This document shows, piece after piece, positions 56,746 to 64,000 of a stretch of DNA of 64,000 nucleotides; positions within the stretch are counted from its first letter, which is position 1; each line of letters starts with the position of its first letter. This DNA comes from Bacteroidota bacterium (GTDB taxonomy: Bacteria; Bacteroidota; Bacteroidia; Bacteroidales; UBA7960). The position numbers were made by a program, and so were the translations under genes. The stretch is from assembly GCA_037441525.1 (NCBI GenBank), contig JBBISA010000002.1:75302-139301 (forward strand), written 5' to 3'. The notes beneath the pieces are model-generated. The model did no database searches. It was not told where the DNA came from and saw only the letters and a list, made by a program, of their open reading frames with translations.

Positions 56746-58458
56746 ATGGACAATTTTTATTTAGATAACCCCAGCTTAAAATTTCATCTCCACCACCCGA
56801 TGATGGAAAAGATCATCAGGCTTAAAGAAAACAACTTTTCCGAAAAGGATAAATATGACTATGCATTCCAGGATTTTGAAGATGCACTTGATTCGTATGA
56901 TAAGGTACTGGAGATTGTAGGTGAGATATGTGGAGAAACCATTGGCCCCAATGCCGAGTCGGTTGATCATGATGGGCCACAACTTATAAACAATGAAGTT
57001 GTTTATGCCCGTGGCACCCAGGAAAATCACGAAACCCTGACCAAAGCAGGGTTGATAGGTATGTCGCTGCCGCGCGAATATGGCGGGCTCAACTTTGCCA
57101 TGGTTCCCTATGTAATAGCTGCCGAACTTGTATCGCGCGCCGATGCCGGTTTTGCCAATATCTGGGGGCTACAGGACTGCGCCGAAACCCTTCACGAGTT
57201 TGCCAGCGAAGAGATCAAAAAAGAGTTTCTTCCACGATTTAACAAAGGTGCCACCGCTGCAATGGACCTTACTGAACCCGATGCAGGCTCTGACCTTCAG
57301 GCGGTGCAGTTAAAAGGTACCTACGACGAAGAAAAACAGCAATGGTACCTCAACGGTGTTAAACGCTTTATCACCAATGGCGATGCCGATGTAAGCCTTG
57401 TACTGGCACGCACGGAGCCAGGAACAATGGATGGCCGGGGTTTATCATTGTTTGTTTATGATCGTAAACACAAAGCGGTTACCATACGCCGCATCGAGAA
57501 TAAACTGGGTATAAAAGGTTCGCCTACCTGCGAACTTGTTTTCAAGGATGCCCCTGCTCAATTGGTTGGTGAGCGCAAAATGGGTCTTATCAAATATGTC
57601 ATGTCGCTGATGAACTCAGCCCGCCTTGGCGTTGGGGCACAATCGGTAGGTATTGCCGAAGCATCTTACCGCGAAGCCCTGAAATACGCTTACGAACGCG
57701 AACAGTTCGGCAAGCCAATTATTAAGTATCCGGCTGTATATGAAATGCTTTCGGTGATGAAAGCCAAGATCGATGCATCAAGATCGCTTCTTTATGAAAC
57801 TGCACGTTATGTGGACGTTTACAAAGCATACAACTTCATTGCAGAGGAGCGCAAACTTGAACCCGAAGAGCGTAACGATGCCAAAAATCACAACCGTATT
57901 GCCGATGGTCTTACCCCGCTGCTTAAACTTTTTGCCAGTGAATACTGCAACCAGATTGCTTCAGATGCCATTCAGATACACGGTGGTACAGGTTATATGA
58001 AGGATTTTCCGGTTGAAAGGCTCTTCCGCGATGCCCGTATCACCAATATTTATGAGGGAACCTCACAGCTTCAGGTGGTTGCAGCTATCAGAGCAGTAAG
58101 CAACGGTACCTATATTAAACTTATCAGGGATTATCAGGAAATGCACGTTAAACCTGAATATGAATATTTCAGGTCTATTCTGGTTGAATTAACTGACGAA
58201 TTCGAAGCTATCAGCAAAGAGATACTTGAGGTAAAGAATGGTGAATTGCTCGATTTTCATGCCCGCAGGCTTGTTGAAATGGCCGGTTACATTATCATGA
58301 GCTATCTGTTGCTTCAGGATACTCACCGCGATGAGCAATATCGCAAATCTTTTGAAATATTTGTGCGTATGGCCAAAACCGAATGTGTTGCCAAGGCAGA
58401 ATATATTAAATCGTTTGAAGAGAAGAACCTCGGAACCTACAAGATATCCTGGGAATAA
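56746..58458 (+). CDS. Acyl-CoA dehydrogenase (long 570-aa form adjacent to etfBA)
   Basis: ACAD motifs (TEPDAGSDL, KRFITNGD, QIHGGTGYMKDFPVERLFRDARITNIYEGTSQLQ). Confidence 0.9.
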   Translation: MDNFYLDNPSLKFHLHHPMMEKIIRLKENNFSEKDKYDYAFQDFEDALDSYDKVLEIVGEICGETIGPNAESVDHDGPQLINNEVVYARGTQENHETLTKAGLIGMSLPREYGGLNFAMVPYVIAAELVSRADAGFANIWGLQDCAETLHEFASEEIKKEFLPRFNKGATAAMDLTEPDAGSDLQAVQLKGTYDEEKQQWYLNGVKRFITNGDADVSLVLARTEPGTMDGRGLSLFVYDRKHKAVTIRRIENKLGIKGSPTCELVFKDAPAQLVGERKMGLIKYVMSLMNSARLGVGAQSVGIAEASYREALKYAYEREQFGKPIIKYPAVYEMLSVMKAKIDASRSLLYETARYVDVYKAYNFIAEERKLEPEERNDAKNHNRIADGLTPLLKLFASEYCNQIASDAIQIHGGTGYMKDFPVERLFRDARITNIYEGTSQLQVVAAIRAVSNGTYIKLIRDYQEMHVKPEYEYFRSILVELTDEFEAISKEILEVKNGELLDFHARRLVEMAGYIIMSYLLLQDTHRDEQYRKSFEIFVRMAKTECVAKAEYIKSFEEKNLGTYKISWE

Positions 58459-58480
58459 ATCTTATCGAAACATTCAGAAA

Positions 58481-58508
58481 AAGGAAGTCTTCGGGCTTCC
58501 TTTTTTGT
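58481..58508 (+). terminator. Rho-independent terminator after the acyl-CoA dehydrogenase gene
   Basis: AAGGAAGTC-TTCG-GGCTTCCTT followed by TTTTGTTTT, with a UUCG-type tetraloop. Confidence 0.75.
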
Positions 58509-58563
58509 TTTAAATTAGCACTTGGATATCAAATATTTCTGTTTAAACTAATGGATAGAGGTA

Positions 58564-59064
58564 ATGAGAAAGTTAATAAATAACTGGCCAGGGATATTGA
58601 ACTGGCTTTGGATATTTATATTGGTACTTCTAACTTTAGCAATATCAGGTTGTAGCAGCCTTTCAGGCCGTCGCGCTGAAAAACTTCCCGAACCTGACCG
58701 GATCATTTTCAGGTGCAATGGTGTGGAATATTCATCGGATGGACAGTTTATAAGGGCAATGGGGTCAGGTACCAGTCGCAACGAATCAACCGCAGCACGT
58801 ATGGCAGGGCTCGATGCATCGGTAAATCTGGCCAGGGCGATAAAGAATTATGAAGAAAAGATCACTGCCTTTCGGGATAAACGGCAGGTGAAAAGGGGAG
58901 AGGCTGCCGTTGAATGGGAAGAAGGCACACTTACCCGCGAGCAGATCAACATGACCTTATCCAACGTATCAACCATTTGCTCTGAAACCAAAACCGACGG
59001 CGAAATGTATATCACTATTCAAATTGTAGAAGTTCCCATACATCAGGTAATCCCATCCAGGTAA
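58564..59064 (+). CDS. Hypothetical lipoprotein (LPP20-like motif)
   Basis: Lipobox AISGC. The motif AMGSGTSRNESTAARMAGLDASVNLARAI resembles LPP20-type lipoproteins. Confidence 0.5.
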   Translation: MRKLINNWPGILNWLWIFILVLLTLAISGCSSLSGRRAEKLPEPDRIIFRCNGVEYSSDGQFIRAMGSGTSRNESTAARMAGLDASVNLARAIKNYEEKITAFRDKRQVKRGEAAVEWEEGTLTREQINMTLSNVSTICSETKTDGEMYITIQIVEVPIHQVIPSR

Positions 59065-59276
59065 TAGTACCTGTTTTCAGGACGACTTACCTTAACGGTA
59101 AGGTTTTTGTCTTCCATGCATCATTTTTAATAACTTTGAATTATTTCCCAAAGTATTCGCTTTAATATGATTTAATGCTTTATTGCTTTGAACCGAGCAT
59201 GATTCACTAAACACAATCACGGATGAAAATTCATCATGCGATTTCCATCCGACCTTAATCTAAAAATTATTTACAG

Positions 59277-59639
59277 ATGAAAAAGTTATGGTTTCCTCTG
59301 CTTGCCGTATGCACAATTTCGCTGATCTTTAGCTCCTGCGAGTTGCTCGAAGATCCCTATGATGAAACCTATCTGTATGGCAAATGGCGATCGGGTACTT
59401 TATATTATAAATACCTGAGCAATGGTACCGGTGGCACCTGGGATACATCTGATGATGTGCGCGAAGATGAAGCCCAGCCCTTCACCTGGACACTTACCGG
59501 GACAGTTCTTAACCATATTCATATTATGGAAATGGGCGCTACGGTACCTAAGGTTTATGTCGTTACCGAACTAACAGCCACAACCCTTAAATATCGCGAT
59601 GATTTCGGAAAGCAGTTTTCGTTTGTTAAAGCTGATTAG
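59277..59639 (+). CDS. Small lipoprotein (lipocalin-like)
   Basis: Lipobox IFSSC. 120 aa with LYGKWRS and TWTLTG motifs. Confidence 0.5.
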   Translation: MKKLWFPLLAVCTISLIFSSCELLEDPYDETYLYGKWRSGTLYYKYLSNGTGGTWDTSDDVREDEAQPFTWTLTGTVLNHIHIMEMGATVPKVYVVTELTATTLKYRDDFGKQFSFVKAD

Positions 59640-59673
59640 GATTTAACTCTTGTAGCTTTCACTTATAATTGTT

Positions 59674-62664
59674 ATGAAGAAGATCATTAAATATATTGTC
59701 ATTGTTTTCCTGTTTCTTCTGATTTTGTTAATCGGAGCAGCATCATATGTTGTTTGGTTTGTGTTTACTCCAGGAAAAATAACCCCGGTAGTTACACAGC
59801 AGGCGGCTAATTATCTTACCTGCCAGGTTGAAATGGGTGGCATTGAGCTAACCTTTTTCAGAACTTTCCCCCGTTTTGGGATCAAGGTTGATGATATAAA
59901 GCTCATCAACGAGTTTGAAGGAGCCAGCACCGATACTCTGGCCCGGATTGGATCAGTAGTTGGCACTATTGACCTTATGGCATTATGGCGCCGTAATGAA
60001 TTGCTGGTGTCAGGGGTTTCCATTTCCAACGGGTCATTTTATATGTTCACCGATTCACTGGGAACTACGAATTTCGATATTATGGTTTCCGACACTACTG
60101 AAACCATGGTTGAAAGCACCGACAAGGCAACATCGGGTTCTCTAGATCTCGAGAGCATCGACCTGAAGAATGTAAATGTTGCCTGGATTGACCATTCAGC
60201 AGGCTTACATGCAACCGTTGCAGGTCTCGATGGCCGTATCTCAGGAACCATGATTGGTGACAGTCTCAATTCCTTTTTCAATATTTCAGCATTAAAAACA
60301 AATGTTGAATTTGATAACGAGCCCTGGCTTACCGATGCGAAATTGAAATACTCAGGGCCTTTGTCAATGAATATGTTAGCCCAGCGGTTCTGGTTCTCAG
60401 CTTCGGCCATTGATTTTGGCAATCTGAGACTTACCCTTACCGGTATGGTTGCAATTGATACCCTGAATGGCGATATAAAAACCGATCTTTTATACAGTAC
60501 CGGCCGATGGAGAATAAATGAGATGATGGAAAATACACCACCATCCTATAAACCCTATTTTGATGGAATTACCGCCGATGGATGGCTTACTTCTAGCGGG
60601 TATGTTACAGGAAGGTATACCGGGAAAGAATTTCCCCTGATAGATGCAAAGCTGAATCTTGAAAACGGCGATCTGAAGTATGTTGATCTCGATCTTCCGC
60701 TCAGCAATCTTCAGGCAAGCCTTCATATTTTTACCGACCTGGGCACCGATTCCATCTCTTATGTTACCATCAACAATTTTTCGGGAAAAACATCAAATTC
60801 AACATTTTCTACTTCAGGAAAGCTTACCAGATTGTTCACTGACCCTTACAGTGATTTAATTACAGAAGCCGATCTTCTGCTTGATGAGTTCCATCCACTG
60901 ATACCTGACTCGCTGATCACACTCATGACGGGCCGGATTTCAGGCAAAGTAGAAAGTTCCTTCTCAATGTCTGAAGCCGAAAAAGTGCAGATTGAAAAAA
61001 TGAAACTTACCGGGTCGTTATACACACAGGCTATAGAGGTAAATTACGACAGCCTTTGGGTTGATGGCAACCGTGCCCGCATTGAATTTACACTTCCCAA
61101 TCCACGCCCAACCCTTGCCGGAGCCGGTTTTGGAAGGGTAAATCTTATTGCCGGTAATCTCTCTGTCGGCAAACTGGGCGATTATACCGCCCTTTTAAAG
61201 AGCAGCAATATTTCAGCTGAGTTTTCTGATGTACGCGATACCACTTCCATCCCGTTTGTGGCCTGTGTCTTCAAAGTTGATTCTTTGTCAGCATCTATGG
61301 ATACGATCCGTTTAAGAGTGCTTAAACCTGCAGGTAGATTTTTCCTTTCACCCAATCCGCAGGGTAGGCTTATGCCTGTTATTAAGCTCGATTATACAAG
61401 CCAGAATTTGAAATCGACAATGGGTAGCGACAGTTTAGTGATGAAAAATGTACACATCAACACCGAAATTGTAAATGATGATTCGCAGAAAGATATCTTT
61501 CTTAAATGGCTGGCAAATGGCTTTATCGATATCGAGGATGGGGTTATAGTTTCCCGGTCGCTCAGCTTTCCGTTAGTTATTCCGGTAATAAAAATGGATT
61601 TCAGCCCCGAACGCTTCCGGATTCATGAAAGCCGCATGATTATAGACCGTTCCGACTTTGAGCTTTCGGGTAAGGTGGTGAATATTCTATCGTATTTCAG
61701 GGGCGATTCCATTATGCGGGGCGATTTTGTGTTTGAGTCTGATAATACCGATGTAACGCAGCTGATGAATCTTACCAATGGCATAGGGAACGAGACTGCC
61801 GAAGCTCCCCGTCCGGCATCTTCAGGCAATGATACTGAAACAGCAACAGGGCCCTATATGGTGCCCAAAGGAATTGATATGTTGCTTACCACTAAGATTC
61901 GACAAGCCAGCTTCGGGATTGATACGGCCACAAATATTCTGGGAAATGTAAGAGTTTATGATGGCATACTTGTGCTCGAAGACCTTCTTTTTACCACCCC
62001 GGCTGCCAAAATGCAGCTTACTGCTATGTACCGTACTCCCCGTAAAAATCACCTTTTTATGGGGATCGACTACCACATGTTCGATATCGAAATTGAGCAG
62101 TTGCTGAAAATGATTCCCGATATTGATACTTTGATGCCTATGTTGCGCTCTTTCAGAGGAAAGGGAGAATTCCATCTTGCCGTGGAAGGATATTTTGATT
62201 CAACCTATGTGCTTAAAAAATCAACCTTAAGGGGTGCTTCGTCCATAAAGGGTGAAAACCTTGTGTTGATGGATGGAGAAACCTTCAGTGAAATAGCCCG
62301 TACTCTGCGTTTTAACAAGCGCACCGAAAACCGCATCGACAGTCTCTCGGCTGAGTTTACCATTTTCAGAGATGAAATTGATGTTTACCCCTTCCTTATT
62401 GTTATGGACAAATATAAGGCTGTGGTGGAAGGGAGGCATAATTTCGACCTGACTTTCAGGTATCATATCTCGGTGGTAGATTCTCCCTTACCTGTTAAAT
62501 TTGGAATTGATGTTACAGGCGATCTTGATAACATGAAATACCAGGCAACTTTACCTCGATACGCAGAATTATACCGGCCCACATCACGCCGTGCTGTTCA
62601 AAACCGGCAACTCGAACTCCGGCGTATGATCAGGGAAGCTGTTACTCAAAGAGTGGTGCAATAA
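59674..62664 (+). CDS. AsmA-family / TamB-like large envelope protein
   Basis: 996 aa with a single N-terminal transmembrane anchor (IVIVFLFLLILLIGAASYVVWF) and a long beta-rich body. The C-terminal region resembles the AsmA-like C-terminus. Confidence 0.7.
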   Translation: MKKIIKYIVIVFLFLLILLIGAASYVVWFVFTPGKITPVVTQQAANYLTCQVEMGGIELTFFRTFPRFGIKVDDIKLINEFEGASTDTLARIGSVVGTIDLMALWRRNELLVSGVSISNGSFYMFTDSLGTTNFDIMVSDTTETMVESTDKATSGSLDLESIDLKNVNVAWIDHSAGLHATVAGLDGRISGTMIGDSLNSFFNISALKTNVEFDNEPWLTDAKLKYSGPLSMNMLAQRFWFSASAIDFGNLRLTLTGMVAIDTLNGDIKTDLLYSTGRWRINEMMENTPPSYKPYFDGITADGWLTSSGYVTGRYTGKEFPLIDAKLNLENGDLKYVDLDLPLSNLQASLHIFTDLGTDSISYVTINNFSGKTSNSTFSTSGKLTRLFTDPYSDLITEADLLLDEFHPLIPDSLITLMTGRISGKVESSFSMSEAEKVQIEKMKLTGSLYTQAIEVNYDSLWVDGNRARIEFTLPNPRPTLAGAGFGRVNLIAGNLSVGKLGDYTALLKSSNISAEFSDVRDTTSIPFVACVFKVDSLSASMDTIRLRVLKPAGRFFLSPNPQGRLMPVIKLDYTSQNLKSTMGSDSLVMKNVHINTEIVNDDSQKDIFLKWLANGFIDIEDGVIVSRSLSFPLVIPVIKMDFSPERFRIHESRMIIDRSDFELSGKVVNILSYFRGDSIMRGDFVFESDNTDVTQLMNLTNGIGNETAEAPRPASSGNDTETATGPYMVPKGIDMLLTTKIRQASFGIDTATNILGNVRVYDGILVLEDLLFTTPAAKMQLTAMYRTPRKNHLFMGIDYHMFDIEIEQLLKMIPDIDTLMPMLRSFRGKGEFHLAVEGYFDSTYVLKKSTLRGASSIKGENLVLMDGETFSEIARTLRFNKRTENRIDSLSAEFTIFRDEIDVYPFLIVMDKYKAVVEGRHNFDLTFRYHISVVDSPLPVKFGIDVTGDLDNMKYQATLPRYAELYRPTSRRAVQNRQLELRRMIREAVTQRVVQ

Positions 62665-62693
62665 AAAAAACCGGGGTGAAATCCCGGTTTTTT
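62663..62693. terminator. Bidirectional terminator between convergent genes
   Basis: AAAAAAAACCGGG-gtgaaat-CCCGGTTTTTT, with A- and T-tracts on both sides. Confidence 0.7.
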
Positions 62694-62695
62694 AG

Positions 62696-63298
62696 TTAAT
62701 TATCAAGTGGTTTCGTTAAATCAAACTCAGCTTCAAAAACCATTTCGCCGGCATAATGTAACTGGTAACTCATCGTTGTAAGGTTTTCGCTGAGTGCAAT
62801 GGTCCATTTTCTTTCAATATTATCGGCCAGCAGGGTGTTGGTGTATTCGTCGGCCGGGAAGTTCTGAGCAAACCCATTACCTGTTCCGTCAGCAAACCCA
62901 CCGTAAAGAGTCTGGTTTTCGGGTGTGCCATCATCGTGCCGGTGGTCGTGCCTGAAACGAAGTTTGCCTTCTTCGGCAAGGAACATCCAGGTTCGCGACT
63001 TATCATCATTAATATGGAAAGGGATATGCACTTGTGTTGGCTCACATACGGTAACATGCATAACCAGGATTTTGCCTGCCCAGCTGTTACGGCCTGATTT
63101 TGAGTAAATTTCACGACCTGCAAATGATTTGCCGCACAACGAAGCCAGGTTTTGCAGAAATGCAGCTTCATCAGCATTGATTAATACAGTTTCGCCGGTT
63201 TGTTCCACGGCTTTTTCTTTTACTGGGCCGGTTGAGCACGAAACGCCAAGGAAAAGGGCTATAAAAATGAAAAAGGTTGTCGTTTGTTTAATCTTCAT
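62696..63298 (-). CDS. Hypothetical lipoprotein
   Basis: Lipobox LGVSC. 200 aa with an HDHRHDDG segment. No family recognised. Confidence 0.5.
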   Translation of the reverse strand: MKIKQTTTFFIFIALFLGVSCSTGPVKEKAVEQTGETVLINADEAAFLQNLASLCGKSFAGREIYSKSGRNSWAGKILVMHVTVCEPTQVHIPFHINDDKSRTWMFLAEEGKLRFRHDHRHDDGTPENQTLYGGFADGTGNGFAQNFPADEYTNTLLADNIERKWTIALSENLTTMSYQLHYAGEMVFEAEFDLTKPLDN

Positions 63299-63501
63299 AC
63301 ATTATTGGGTTTTGGGTAAGAATGATCTCTTTATGGGTTTGTTTCGGAAATAGAACCCGGATCTCGTCTTAATCCGCGTCACGGTGACCCAGTTACTGCG
63401 TAAGGCAGATTTATTATGGCCTGATTAACAATGTTTTAAAATATATTTAACCGGCAGTAAAAGGCTAATGTAAGATAAACAGCTTTGAAAAGTTTGGGTG
63501 A

Positions 63502-64000
63502 TTAAAGTCCTGCCTTCAAAGCGGCTTCCATATTTTGCCTGAAAACCCTCATGAAATTCGCGGACCATACTTTTTCAATATCCTCTTTTGAGTATCCTCG
63601 TTTGAGCATTTCAGCAGTAATATTGGGCATCTGGCTCACATCGTAGCAATCTTCAAGCTCGCCACCCCCATCGAAATCGCTGCCAATTCCAACATAATCA
63701 ATCCCTACAAGTTTAACAATATGATCGAGATGATCGATCAGATCAGCAACGGTAGCCATCTGTCCCGGAAAGTTTTCATCCATCAGGCTCCATTCTTCGC
63801 GCAGATTATGTATTTCCTCATCAGAAAGGTTCTGGAAGTTGTTAAATTTAGCTCTTAATCTGGCTCTTTCTGCATCGCGCAGAGGGTTGGCAGGGGTTGG
63901 TTTAACATACAGAAAACAAAGCTGTATTACCCCGCCATTGGCTGCCATGGCCTTTATCATATCATCAGTCATGTTGCGCGGATCATTGTTCACAACCCTT
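63502..64000 (-). CDS. Membrane dipeptidase (M19 family), N-terminus beyond window end
   Basis: DPRNMTDDMIKAMAANGGVIQLCF and GIDYVGIGSDFDGGG motifs. The reading frame stays open to position 64000. Confidence 0.85.
   Translation of the reverse strand, partial: RVVNNDPRNMTDDMIKAMAANGGVIQLCFLYVKPTPANPLRDAERARLRAKFNNFQNLSDEEIHNLREEWSLMDENFPGQMATVADLIDHLDHIVKLVGIDYVGIGSDFDGGGELEDCYDVSQMPNITAEMLKRGYSKEDIEKVWSANFMRVFRQNMEAALKAGL

Noticed and set aside
59085-59108. The hairpin CTTACC-ttaac-GGTAAG plus GTTTTTG as the terminator of the 58564..59064 gene.
   Set aside because: The stem is only 6 bp and AT-rich, which is too weak to list as a supported terminator.
63378-63388. The palindrome GTCAC-G-GTGAC upstream of the 200-aa lipoprotein gene.
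   Set aside because: The arms are only 5 bp, which is expected by chance many times in 64 kb, and there is no second copy.

Overview
The window looks like a Bacteroidota chromosomal segment. Supporting signs are T9SS C-terminal sorting domains, several TonB-dependent receptors, TAnnTTTG-type -7 boxes, and the gene order bamD-rpoZ-coaBC-DUF4835-recN. I support about 58 protein-coding genes, one tRNA (anticodon CAT), one cobalamin riboswitch and several intrinsic terminators. I saw no rRNA, CRISPR array, transposase, integrase or obvious defence genes. Most of the window is housekeeping: rtcB, hutU, rpe, pnp, rpsO, rocD, coaBC, recN, fabI, etfBA plus an acyl-CoA dehydrogenase, and an AsmA-like protein. 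Five regions deserve a second look. (1) 17.3-24.1 kb, minus strand: a textbook cobalamin riboswitch precedes a four-gene outer-membrane uptake operon. Its two leading accessory proteins carry T9SS sorting domains, and they are followed by a BtuB-like receptor and a beta-propeller lipoprotein. (2) 24.3-36.3 kb: a two-component and sigma-54 signalling island. Three of its genes (a PAS kinase, a YfiR/DUF4154-like protein and a TonB-dependent receptor) carry four in-frame stop codons and one or two homopolymer frameshifts, while neighbouring genes are intact. (3) 1.2-6.8 kb: a hydE-hydF operon led by an aspartase-family lyase lies next to a divergent Rex-like repressor, with no hydG or hydA in view. 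(4) 43.5-43.8 kb: a 281-bp element bounded by inverted repeats, which could be a MITE or a structured RNA. (5) 45.2-48.3 kb: a pair of large lipoproteins of unknown function upstream of bamD. All family assignments come from reading translated motifs by eye. No database search or RNA folding was run, so domain names and boundaries are provisional.
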